Positions 37,701-50,698 of a stretch of DNA of 64,000 nt are shown here, piece after piece. A program made the position numbers and the translations under genes. The stretch is taken from assembly GCA_023515725.1 (NCBI GenBank), contig JALDTO010000208.1, forward strand, positions 1 to 64,000. Reading direction: 5' to 3'. The notes below the pieces were generated by a model. It ran no database searches. It saw nothing but the letters and a program-made list of their open reading frames with translations, and was not told the origin of the DNA. The first letter of the stretch is position 1. Every line of letters begins with the position of its first letter. This DNA is from Amoeboaphelidium protococcarum X5 (Eukaryota; Fungi; Aphelidiomycota).

Positions 37701-40700
37701 GAATAATCATGTGTTTAGTGATATTAGAAGAAATCCTAACATAGAGCAATAAGCTGACGAAGTGAATATCAAATTGCTCCGCTTCAAGTCTTTGCCTGAG
37801 GGTAACCACAAAGACAAGGAAAATGAATTCTCACATGAAGGACGTCATACAGGAGAAGCAATTCCTGTAACCATCGATACCGACACGTAAGAAACTGAAG
37901 AGATTATTTTCAACAGCACCATCATATAAGAGGAGACTGACGATCAAAGTGATTCAGAATGCATGCAAGAGACTCCAGATGATGCTGATTATGCAGTAAT
38001 CCGATCTAATCTAATTATTTATCCTAATGATAGTGACTATTTCTATTTGACATTTGCAGAACTAATCCCCATAGGCCGTGGAGGACCAAATGAGCCGCGC
38101 CCCGTCAAAATAGCGCTGGAAAAATACCTAGAACATTGTATGCGATTGTCGCACAGGCGATTCTAATTGCATCCGACCTTCTCTCTCATTGCAGTCAATA
38201 TACTAGCACGGTAAAAATCGTCGTCGACAATTATGCGCGAAGTTGTGTTCAATTCTGATACTGCAGAGATTGGACTTTCCATAACAAAAGAGCAGTTTGA
38301 AGCTTTCACTGAACATTAGCAAGCTTAAAAATAAGCTGCTCGTAACAATATGCAAAATCCGGACTTGCCATAGACTTTGTAACCCGTAGCGAATCTGATA
38401 AAAACCGTGAATCGAGCCAAGACCAAACATTGGGGATCCAACGAAGAGCGCGCCGAAGGACGTACATAAGCGTTCTCTTACTGTAACTTCTTCGGTCAGC
38501 CGTCTATATTCTTTACAATCTCTCCAGACTCCAAGAATACTGAAACTGTACTACGAGACTGAAGGGAGTCAGTCCTGATGAAGAGAATGCGTTTCACGAA
38601 CTCCTCAAAGATGTCAATAAACGGCATCAACGAGTGGCGGAGAATCCTTACGCGTGCGCTCAGTATTTCCATGAATTGATCAATATTGTATTTGAGCATG
38701 CTTTGTAATTTAGTCTTGAACATCAACGCTCCAAGAGTAAGCCTGGAATTTTCGGATTCACAAAAGCTGCTTACGCGTCCATTGAATCACAAGGATCAAT
38801 GAATTTGCACGCACACTTCATGGTTTGGATTCACGGAATGCCTCAGACTGTACAATAGTTCAATGATAAATGCACCGGTGCAGATTCTGAAGAATATACA
38901 TCTCGAATGGTTGCCTGCGCTGAAAGTTTCGTGCAATCCGTGCCACCTGTTAAGACCGGAGAAACATGCTTCTAGATGAACGACGCCGGCACTCGTTGCA
39001 ATGGAGAATTGATTCCATAGCCAATTCCTGGCCATGCATACAGAAAATTTAATGGTAAAAAGCCTGAATTTACGTGCGCAAAATGTAGCGTATGCAGCAA
39101 AGAATACAACAACTCTTAATTGTTCAATGATGCAATCAAATATTCTGCATCATCGGCTGGTATAACAGAATTGACACGAGAAGAAGTCGATCAACTTATT
39201 GTTAGTGACCAGCCATTGCAATTTCCCATGTCAGACAATGATCATGCAGCCAACAGTGTCTTGGCGTCAGTGCTACAACTTATCCAAGTTCATTGTTATA
39301 GTCATGCGAAATCGTGTTTCAAGTCATCAGCCCGCACGAAAGCATTTGTAGGACTGGTCTGCCGATTTTTGCTCCCATTCGTACTAGTGCTGCGCACCAT
39401 GATATCAGCGGCAAATGAGATTGTGTACAGAACTGTGCCAGGAGGCCAATATCTCAATCCATTCAATACGGTATTATCGTGTGCCTTCAAATGTAATAAC
39501 GACGTGAAACTGTTGATTGGTCAAGCAAGTGCAAACGTGATTTATTACTGTCTTAAGTACAGCACAAAAGACTAATTGTAGATTGAAAATGAACAATAGT
39601 TTGTCTTAGCAGCTTATGATAAGTCTGTTTAAAACGAGCAAGCTAGAACTGAATAAAATCCAGATAGGACAAGTGTCTAAAGGTATTTGAGTAGACTGGC
39701 CAGTTTTTTATCTCAAACCACGAAACAGTATGAAATGGGAGCACCTATGGCGAACTTGTACCTAATCAATAAATCGCCCTTTTATTGGTCGCATTCATTT
39801 GCAAACTTGTATTTAAATCAAGCTCTTGCGTACTTATTCAAGTAAGACACGATCAATGTCATTCTGCCTGCAAAGAAATTCGCTGCAGCAAGTAAGAAGA
39901 AACGTTCAAAATCTTCCGACAGTGACGACGATGTGGATGACATAAACGACCCAGAACAGAATGTCGACGAAGACGTGTATGATGAAAATATTCTTGAAGA
40001 GAACACGCCATAAGAAGAATAAAATGTGGATGACAGCACATATTAGGCTGTGCTTTAGATATAAGATTACCGATTTCGCAATAAAAGTTTAGCCAGCCTG
40101 TCAATGCATGACATTATACGATATTATCCAAAGACACGCATTAACCGGAAAAACGACAATGATAACAGTTTAGAAGATGCGAATTAAAGATAGACACGTA
40201 AGACCAATACTAACGAAGTTTATCCGTTCATAGCACCGCATCCGTAAAGTTCAACTCATGGCTATCAGAAACGCCTCATACCAGTAATACCCATAGTGAG
40301 GGGCGCAAGACTCCCAGATATCGAACGCAAGGATTTGAGCGACGACAAGAAGTTGCGCTACTACAGAAATATCATGGTACTGCATAAGCCATTCCGCGAT
40401 TTTAATCACATTGATTTGAATGATACAGATAATGCTCTTCATAATTGGAAGACTTACTTTGAAACATGGAAAGCTTCCGGTCTTCCTTAAACAGCTTAAA
40501 ATTACATAAAATTCCAACAGGATTACTATGAATGTAATAATACTGATGATCATATGAACCACTCACAACAATAAGTACAAGAAATTTTAGAAAATGATCG
40601 CGAAGAGTATGAAGCAGATGATGATGGTTGGAATGATGATGATAATGATGATGGCGAAGACTGGTCTGACATTGATAATGAGTTTGAAGAGTTTGCCAAT

Positions 40701-43431
40701 ACTGAGGAAATCGTTCACCAACTTAACGATACATTAGAGCAATAATCTGTAGATCCGCAAAGGTACGAATCACTGAAAAGCTACGATTTAATCAAATCAG
40801 CGTTGAAATATGTCATCTCTGCAACCAATAAAGTCCCTACCGAAGAACCTAATAAAGGATTATCGCATATGTAACAGTTCAGTCAGCTGCGCATACCAGC
40901 AGTCGGAAATTTAACCCAATTCAAAAAGGATCTGGACAAATTGGATTAGTCTAAAGCGTTTGTGAACAGTCTTCCTTTCGAAAAGCCAGTTTAGAAACTG
41001 CCATTGAACGTTGCACTACCTGTGAGGGAGACGATCGTGCTATCTATCCGCGAATGTCTGCAATCGAATCGCTGGGTAGAACACGACAATAGTGGACGCG
41101 GTATAGGACACATACGTGAGTACTCATCTATTAAAGAGATCTCAACGTTTTACGGACTAAATGTTGAATAGCATAACGCATTTAGCGCAGGAGCTTTGAC
41201 GTTGATGAAAATATACTCTCAGCGATATGGACTTCCAACTAATGTATTCACAGAAATGAATTTTCACGTTCGCGAGTAATTGCTGACATTTCTGTGCGGC
41301 GGCCCCGGTTTTGGGAAGTCTGAAGTGATCAAAGCATTATTGACATTCGCAGCGGCCTGGAATTAAGATGGATCAGTTCTGACAACTTCATTTACCGGCA
41401 TAGCATCGCAGAACGTTTGGGGTAGCACGATGCATTCAATGTTTTCATTGACTATGAACTGTAAGCCACGCAAAAAAATTCAAGACCACGTCAGAAAAAA
41501 ATTAGCGGGTATGGATCTGCTAATCATTGATGAATTCAGTTTTATACCTTAGCATATGTTGGGAGGCGTTATAACACTTTTGAAACGCGTATATGGCAAC
41601 AACAACTTGTTCGCCGGCAAGTCCTTGATGACTGTAATGGATTGGAATTAACAACTACCGATCAAAGGTGCGCCAATGTTTGAAGATCCTATGAAAGATA
41701 CCAGATCCATGAATAATGATCAACTGTAATCGCGTATCGAGGCGTACAACACCTATATGGCTATTGATCATGGAGTGTTCCTGAAAGAAAACATCAGAAT
41801 AGGCCGAAAGTTTCCAGAATTTGCCGCAATATTTGAGCGATTGGCTAATCATACAGCTACATATGCGGATTTCGAAAAGATCAATGCTGTTTGCCACAGA
41901 CCCAACGTTGATCCCAGCACTGGAGAGCCAGTGGAAGATAGATGGGTTTCTGAACATTAGTCACTCACGCCGGTAGTAGTATCGAGAAACTAAGAAAAGT
42001 GGGATATCAACAATGTGTGCGTTTCGGAGTATGCCAAGATCCACGGCACCCATCTGGTTGCGTGGTATGCTAAAGCAAATAAAGGCAGAAAACGCGAATG
42101 CCATCCTAATGAAATTAAGAGAATGTCCAAGCTTAGGGATGATATCACCGGGAGAGTACCTATACTATGCAAAACCCAGATAGGAATGCCGATAAGCGTA
42201 ACGCAAAATGGCAAATCTGCTCTCATGCTTTCAAACGGCAGCATAGGACACGTTGTTCATATTGAACATCATCCGGATAATAGATTTACTGAATCCTACG
42301 AGAACGGAGTGCTCATTAAAATGTGCTCACATATGCCCGTAATGGTATGCATTAAATTATCAACTGTTCACACTGTTCTAGTTCCTGGCTACCCAGCCGG
42401 TGTCGTGCCAATGTTCCCAGTGCGAACACGAGCAAAACTGAAACTGGCTAAGTTTTCTAGAAACTATAATATTGTGTAGTTTGCGTTTATTCCGGCTTTC
42501 GCAATTACTGTTGAAAAGTCCCAGGGTCAGACCCATGAGCAGAATATAATAATGAATTTGAGAACGCGTAAGGGAGTCCAACGCAATGCTCTCATGGTCG
42601 CTCTAACAAGATGCAGAGATCCAACTAGGACGAGGCTATTGCAAAAATTGACCATGGAAGACTACCTCTACTTTAAACCGCTGCCACAGATAAAATCAGA
42701 AATAGAGCGTTTGAAAAATATTGAAGAATAATCCTCCAATCGATTCCTCGCACAATGAATTCTACACCTGTCTATCTACCGTTTAATTCCTGCCATTTAC
42801 AATCGCGATCCTCCACTACTTCAGTCTGCCGTTTGCCAACTTCCACTATGATTGGTGCTTCCTCCCACATCAATGGCTATCTGCTGCTATGTTCATCTAC
42901 CATTTTGTTAAATGCGAATTTTCAATCAATATATATATATATATATATTATTATACACTCACTGTTTTTCTTCTCTCACTATGAATTTAATAGAGCTGCC
43001 CTGGGGTGGTACTCATGTACTGCCTCCGTTAATAATTACGTGACATCTGTTCAAGATAGTCATCCGCAAGGCTGTGTATAGAAACGAAGGTTGCTACACG
43101 GGTATACTAACTCTGAGGATCAGCTACTGTGAAAACTGTTAAATAAAAAAAAACTATGAATTTACTTTCGTCTTTATATATCGACGGGTTCCCATACTCC
43201 ATGTAATGTAGATGCAATCTGCCCAAGACATATACAGTAATTTCAATCGTAAAATCAAGGTACTTTGGATAAATCCAAAGCTCAAGCATGGCCCCACGGT
43301 GCCATGCACTTTGTTACGTCGTTGAGACAATTCGAAGATTGCAGTCGCTAATACGGGGGTATGTGGGTACCCCGATGAAAAGATCGCCGGAGCTTTTTTA
43401 AAGTGTACGAGTGATCGCTGAACCCACATGT
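34750..43431 (+). mobile_element. Helitron-like rolling-circle element (Helitron2/Helentron-type RepHel, no endonuclease domain seen)
   Basis: Ends defined by identity with 17834-18996; encodes RepHel; GC hairpin 43356-43373; no TSD. Confidence 0.9.
36058..42758 (+). CDS. RepHel transposase (HUH Rep + Pif1-like SF1 helicase), one frameshift near 38557
   Basis: CCVCD, CKPC, ANGLWIG.LP; PIGRGG; FFTISP, ESQGSMNLHAH, YCLKYSTK; GGPGFGKS, IIDEFS, PAFAITVEKSQGQT, VALTR. Confidence 0.92.
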
Positions 43432-43946
43432 GAAAAGAATTGTCCACCTGTCAACGAAAAAGTCTGGTGGATGGCCATGAGTCGAAATCACGAGTATTGA
43501 CTCATGGTATGTAACGTTACAGATAATGACATTAAAAAGCCAAATTTGGACAAAATATAAGATTGACTATGAATTTTAGAATTGTTCCATACTGTTTATG
43601 CTATCAGTGATGAACCTAGTTAAGAAGCTGTATTTTGGTTTATCTTTATCTAACCCCAAACTAATATACTAGTCAATTAATTACTATTGGTTTTCATATA
43701 GTTCACTGGTCTGACGCATTTACAGTATGGTATAGTGCAAAGTAAAGTCAGTCCGCTCTTAATCGAATTTAATATCAACATCGCGCATTCTATAAAGACA
43801 TTAATACTTAAAATCTTATGCCCAAGAACAAAATTGAAGAATTTGACTAGATATCGACATTCAGTGTATTTCATTGATTCATTGATTCATTGATTCATTC
43901 ATTCATACATTCATGATATTCGCGTCAAATTCATCAGTATCTGCGT

Positions 43947-44732
43947 TCATTCCCAGGTTGGCATTGGGTATGGCTTCTCGTAACCATCTTCAGGCTTCTT
44001 GTCATCTTTGCCATAGTCTTTCTTGTCTTTGCCGTAATCCTTCTTCTCCTTGCCGTAATCCTTCTTCTCATAGTCCTTCTTCTCGTAGTCCTTGTTGTCA
44101 ACCTTCAAATCTCTGACACCATACTCCTTTTTTTCGTGATCATATCCATAAGATGGTTCCTCGTATCCATGGTGAGGCTTTTCAACTTCATAGTCATGCT
44201 CCTTCTTCTTGTTCTCGTAGCCATTATTCTCCTTCTTGCCATAGTCCTTCTTCTCCTCATAGCCATACGTAGGAACCTTGTATACGCCGGTCTTGTCGTC
44301 ATACCCGTAGCTATTGTCAGAGATGGATCTACTCTCGTAGCCATAAGAGACGCGTGGATACAGCTAGCAGATACCACGTAGTTTCAACCCATACTCTTTG
44401 CGGACATTGATGGAACCTTTGCCAAACTTGCTCATTGGAGTCAGAGCCAGTGGAGTCTCGCCATACTTTTGCTCATAATCATCACCGTTCCAGGAGCGAA
44501 TCCACACAGGGTCCTTGCCCAATTTCTTGGACACAAACTTGGACAGTGGATAAAAGTTCTCTGAAGTGACATCAATCAGAGAGTAGCCTTGGATCTTGCA
44601 GTACTTGGACGCGTCATGATACTTCAACTTTGGAGTCACCAGCACCTTGAAATCCTTGTGGTCATCAGCAGCCACCAAGTGGGAGGAGCACGCGATGATG
44701 GATGCAACAGTTGCCAAGATTGTAGTCTTCAT
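43947..44732 (-). CDS. Secreted C-type-lectin-like/KDY-repeat protein (copy B)
   Basis: Near-identical to 29181-29966, mostly synonymous differences. Confidence 0.85.
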
Positions 44733-45009
44733 TATTCGGTCACTTTCAGGAAGTATAATGATAGAGAAAGAGATGGCCATGGGATTTATCGATCCTTTTA
44801 TAGTGCTAGAGGTTATATCACATCAGCAATTCCTGAGCAATTGATCAATCTGGATACAGATGATTCAAACAAGCCGGTTCTACACTTTTTCCCGTAATGA
44901 TCCGCTTAGAGGCGCAGAATCCGAAACAGATCGGCTAAGCTTACTATGTACAGCGACACTTTTCAATTTGGTTTATTAATTTACAGCCTTCAACATTTCA
45001 TCCAGAAAA

Positions 45010-45081
45010 GCTTCCTTCGTCTAAGGGTTAGGACAGAAGTCTCATAATCTTCAAATCTGAGTTCGATTCTCAGAGGAAGCA
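45010..45081 (+). tRNA. tRNA-Met(CAT), elongator type
   Basis: Acceptor GCTTCCT/AGGAAGC+A; D stem GTCT/GGAC; anticodon arm GAAGT-CTCATAA-TCTTC; T arm CTGAG-TTCGATT-CTCAG; followed by TTTTT. Confidence 0.9.
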
Positions 45082-45224
45082 CTTTTTGTTATGCGTGCCT
45101 CTCCTTTATTGCGCCCACCTGCTGAACACGACTCTGCGTGGCAGAAGCGTGATCCCTTTTTACTCGTGAAAACAAATCAAACGCGATTATAAATTATTGC
45201 TACAGATATCAAGTTATTACTAGG

Positions 45225-46320
45225 ATGGTCAAGAGGAAACCAGCAGGATTAGCGCGTACAGCAGTGGAGGAACAAAAAAGCAAGGCTACTGAGCTAGAGC
45301 AGGCTGTGGTCATACCTGGAAAGACAGACGATGATTAGATAACCGTCGATGATATCGTACAACTTCTTAACACTGCCGCGCAGCATGAAAGTAATTTTTA
45401 ATCGTGTCAAACATCGAATTTAATGATATTGATATTATGATATTGTAGGCGAAGGTAATTAGGAGCAGTAAGAGCTTTGCATCAGAGCTGCAGTGATTGA
45501 AAGTAGAAAGCTTTACGATGCTGACTCTGATAATAATCAGGTGGTCTACGTATGTGCTAAATCTCTATTCGCCTTCGCTCAGTATCTGCGTCACAACGAA
45601 GATCATGAGGAGCATGAGTAAAGTGAAGAGTATCTCATGCTAGTCTAGGATATTCTTGACGACCTTGATGAAGAGAAGCGTGATCAGGATTATTACGTGC
45701 TGAAATGTTTGGCAGATTTCATGATTGATGATGGCGCCGTAGATGACACTATGACCCTTTTAACGCAGTTGGCTGATTTGCCTAATATCAAGGCGGATTA
45801 AAATTTGATTTCGCTTTGCGGCTTTGCTATCATTGTATTTGACTGCAGCTTTGAGTCTGATGGTATTGAATTGATTGCGAAAATTGTAGAGAAAGGACTT
45901 GAGGGCGCTGAGCCTGAGTAAAAGCCGTAGATGGAGTTGTTACGCGTGTAATCTCAGCTGGCTAAACTGCAATTGGTGGTCATGGCCGATGACGATGTGG
46001 AAGAAGAAGTGAATATGCTATAATCGTTGTTGCAAACTTGGGAGGAAATTTTCCTTAAATATCCATCCATTAAGCAAGAGATGCTTACGACAAAGTTTGA
46101 TATTTTGCTAGTAAAATTGGAACTTTATGAGGATGAATTCGAGTCCATAGTTGAGGAAATCAAGCAAGTTTATGATTAGATTGAAGATCCTAGTGAAGAC
46201 TTATAAGCTTCAATGGACGACATTTTGGAAGAATATGAGGGAGATTGGGGGTCCTCTGACTTTTCAGATGAAGACGAAGATGAGGAGGTTGAGGATGAGG
46301 ATGAAGAAGATGAGGAATGA
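45225..46320 (+). CDS. Acidic helical protein, possibly Ett1/Nro1-like; intron 45391-45448
   Basis: Open after splicing; MVKRKPAGL start and CIRAAVIESRKL loosely resemble Ett1 MAKRPLGL and GIIHECDRL; D/E tail. CDS solid, family tentative. Confidence 0.6.
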
Positions 46321-46418
46321 TAAGTTGGTAGTATTACGTACTGTAGTAAGTGAAGTGAGTTAAATTCTAAAATTTTCTGATATTAACATAAAGTTAGTTC
46401 TCTTTACTTTTCAATGCA

Positions 46419-48341
46419 TCATTTTAAGTAAAAGGGACTAGAAGTGCGGACTTGATTCTACTTATCGCTTAAACTTTACAAATGCTAATTTGATAGGAGC
46501 AGATTATCTTGCAAAGGAGATACATCTATCAAGCTTAAAAGTTACGTCTTGACAGATTCTTTATTCAAAGTCTAAATTTAATCATCCTTATCCTCAACGC
46601 TATCAACAGCAACTTTTTACGCGTAAATCTATTCTTCATCCATCTACGATAACTATGCTGTAAATGAATCTTGAGTTATCATTTTGAGTAACGATCTCTC
46701 ATAGTCCATTCCCTTAAAACCTTTCAATTTTTACTCAACCTTCTTTACGCGGCTTTTACGTGTCTTCTCATCCAAGTTTAGACTTTAGGATGTGAGCGAG
46801 AAAATCAATACCTAAGCATAACTTTTTTACAACTCGATGGAATCTGATTAATAAATTGATATGGAGACAAGTCGATCAAAATCATTATAAACATCGAGGT
46901 ACTTGATACAAACAGCAATCATCATCACTATCCAATTAGACGATATACGCCTAGTTGAAGATAGATTAGAGCATAAAAAGATCCAGACCATTTATAAAAC
47001 TTCAATCTGATCCACGAGATTCTTGCACTGATCAACATAACCAATGATAAAATGATATAAAGAGTCAACATACATGAAGATATCCTCGTCGCCATCTAAT
47101 AAAAGACTATAATCAATCAACTAACGAAGAACTTTGCAGAACCATGACGCGTCAGTAACTAGAGCATATTCATTAGAGGATAATGTTTGAATTATTTATT
47201 TAACCACGACAGCATTGGCATTCTATAGCATTCTATTAACAACTGTCTAAACATTATCAACATTTATCAATCGAGATATCAACTGATAAGCCAACGTTTA
47301 GACTTGTTCATCTGGCAATTACGCGCAAGTCATAATCTACTGTTTACATTCATTGAGAACGCTCACATCCACTGCACTCAACTATATCAGCAATCTAAGC
47401 CCAGCCAGGTATAGATTAACGTCATGCACCCGAAAGAATATCAAGCATTTTTAAACAATTTCACGCTTGTTATCAGTTCCCAAGTCATCATCTCTCGAGA
47501 GAACGGCAACACATTCATAGATTACAGATGGGGCAGGAGTAAATTACAGAATCTTTTATAATGGTCCGCGTAATCGGGAATACAATCTGGGTTCCGCAAA
47601 CGCAAGCTATCCAAGTATTCTGATAATCTTGATCAGCAGCCAATTGTTTTTAACAGTGATCAGAAGCTTGAATAGAGCAGGTGCCAGAACAAGTACTTCT
47701 GATCTCAGAGCCTTATTCAATACAAGATCACCCAGCAAAGTTACTACAGAGTTTATCACTCGCTAATCCTAATCGCTTTTAAGTATGTTCACCATCAATT
47801 CGACAATCTATTTGTCCAATCCACAAGCTTTAACAATTGCATGCAGCGATAATATTGCTTTACTCAAAACTATAGGATCTTATTGCCTCTGTGGCTTTAC
47901 TATCAATCGAACCACATCAGATCGGTAATGAGATACGGACCCATCATTCGCCACCTGAGATATATATTCTAATGCCATGCAAACTTCTACGCTGTATGGA
48001 GACGCTAAATCTTTGCGCACCTGATTAATTAGTAATGACTAGCATGAACTATCAGAAGAGACCATCATTGATGCCAGCATATAGCCATCGCGCTTATATT
48101 CTACATTCTTACTCTAAGACATCAGCTCCATAATCACCATATCAACAACACCGGGAACATCTACCTGGTACCCCAGCATATTGATATAACACAGCTTTTA
48201 TGCCGCACAGTGCTTCTCATCAATATCAGAACTTTGCAACTCCGATCGGATCTCTTTCAGATTAAGTGCAATACATCGCTCCAGTACAGCTTAAGATTTA
48301 CACAATCTCATCTACTTTATAAAATCTACCAAATTTTTCAT
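46419..48341 (-). CDS. Divergent, short AP-3 delta-like adaptin
   Basis: KLCYINMLGY, KRDGY, LINQVRKDL, LAPALFKLL...NNWLLIKIIR...EPRL...PL...PSVIYEC. Confidence 0.82.
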
Positions 48342-49252
48342 TTTACAGTCACTCTATTCTATTTCTATTATTTCTATCACTAAATGAGTTTCCTTCAATT
48401 CTAGAGAGAGAAACTCTGAAGATTTCGTTTTTACCGAGTCGTTCCTTTAACGTTCTCTTTCACTTCTTTCTCTCGTATAGTGATAGACTTCATATTAAGA
48501 TCTTTTAAACCTTTTAAATTCAAAATATAAAGAATAAAGATTGTGATAATAATGATCTAGTAATTGAAGCACTTGTGGACTTATTCATGGACGCAGAAGC
48601 CAGCATGGAGTTACTCTGTCGTGGTCGGCCTCACTGGTAAAGTTATTCAATATATATGCTATAAATCGAACTAATTGCAATAATGTATTATGAATAAGTA
48701 AATAAGTATGTAGGTCCACTGATTGTGTTAATCTACCCGTAAATGCGACACGCTGCTGGATACAAGCCTCTTAATGACGTTCCCAGGACTTATCCATGTA
48801 ATAACTTACTTAGATTTTAGTTGCAACTCTTTGATTAATTCATTTGATATTAAATATTGTAGATCCAGATGGGGAAAGAAAAGCAATTAGTGGATATGAA
48901 GATTGAATATAAAGTTATAGCTTATTATAATACAATACGAATGTAACTATTACTGCATGACTGCATAAGTGCATTGTATTCATTGTGATCTCTCCTCCAG
49001 AACGCGTCGTCTCTTTCTCTTCTTCCTTCAGTTGATTCAACAATGTTTTTCTCAGTCAGTCAATCAGTCAGTCAGTCGATCTTTTTTCTCCATTAGTTTC
49101 TTGTTTTCTCCTTCTATCTCTTCTTATTGTTCCACCATTAAACAACCGCATCTAACATTCACATATTCAAGGTTCTTACCTGGTATACTATTGCTTAAAT
49201 TATTGAGCTCTATCATTAAATATTTAAAATTGTAATCAGGTCTCTGTGGAAA

Positions 49253-50404
49253 ATGCCGAAACCATAGCTTACTCTATCTGCTCTGTCCTAGTCACAATAA
49301 TAATAATAATAATACTAGATGTAATAGTAGGAGTAGTACAATACAACGCCTGTAAGTAATGCAGCTGGAGAAGTGCAGAGTATAGTGCAAGTTCCATCGC
49401 TGGTTAATAGAGCGCTGAATTACAACAAGTTTATAGATCCAGCTGGGAATCTTATTTTTAATGGCAAGACGCTTATCAATTCGCAAGGTGTGGAATTTTA
49501 ATCGAATGGCTCTATGGCATCAAAGTACAAGATTAACCTTCGTGAGCTGGTGGTACAACAAGAAATTGGCAAAGGATAGTATGGGGTGGTGAGCAAGGTA
49601 TTGCATGTCCCGTCAAATGTAACGATGGCCATGAAGTAGATCAGATTAGAGATTTCAGATGTTGGATTCAGGTAGATTCAGATGGAATTGGATGTATTGC
49701 ACAGAGCTCGGTCAGAGTATATAGTCGACTTTTATGGGGCATTCTTTGCCGAAGGATCGGTGTTCTTATGCATTGAGTACATGGATGTTGGATCTCTGGA
49801 TAGATTGTATGGTCAAGGTATGGAAGAGCTAGTGTTGAGTTTAATAACATAGAGGATTATTAAGGGATTGCAGTTTTTGAAGAACGAGCTGAATGTTATA
49901 CACCGCGATGTGAAGCCTACAAATGTTCTAATGAACTCACGCGGTCAGGTGAAGCTGTGCGATTTTGGTGTTAGTGGTCAGTTGATACAGTCCATGGCCA
50001 AGACTCACATAGGTAGTCAGAGTTATATGGCACCGGAGCGGATTGCTGGTATAGATCCACAGGCGCCGTACTCTGTGGCATCTGATGTCTGGTCACTCGG
50101 GATGACAGTGTGGGAGTGTGCAAATGGGTATTATCCATTCTCACCTAAACTGTATGATTCGGTATTTGCTCAACTCAGTGCCATTGTCAATGAACGGCCA
50201 CCTCCACTTGATTCCTCTAAATTCTCTCCCCAATGTCAAGACTTTCTCGACAGGTGTCTCGATCGGAATCCATAGAAAAGGCCAAGTTATATGGAATTGT
50301 TACAGCATCCTTTTATCACTCAGTAGGCATAATGTTCAGATCAAGATGGTAACGCAGAGATTCTGAAATGGCTCCAGTCTGTTACTCCTATTCAAAGATT
50401 ATGA
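49253..50404 (+). CDS. PBS2: MAP kinase kinase, Pbs2/Wis1-like
   Basis: IGKGQYG, MAMKQI, HRDVKPTN, CDFGVSGQLIQSMAKTHIGSQSYMAPERI, FAQLSAIV. Confidence 0.9.
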
Positions 50405-50698
50405 ATTCTATCCAATGAAATTGTGAATATTCTTTACTCACTATCGAAACGCGCATTTATCTTTATTTTGATCAAGTTGAAATAATCAAGTAGGCTGGAT
50501 AATATCAGATTTCGCTCCTTATAGTCTTTTTATTAAGAGGAGCTCCCTGTCGGACGCGCCTTTGTGGTTTTGTTCTTTCCCGATCGCCGCCTCTCCATTT
50601 CAACGGACCGTTCTTAACAATTCTATTCAACTTCATCAGTTCCCATCGCTTTGTAATCCTTTGTTACTATTAACATTGTAAAAACATCGCGTTGAGCA

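Noticed and set aside
38548-38564. 17-nt GT...AG intron repairing the RepHel frameshift
   Set aside because: Far below observed intron sizes and lacks the GTAA donor and GTAG acceptor; a 1-nt deletion is simpler.
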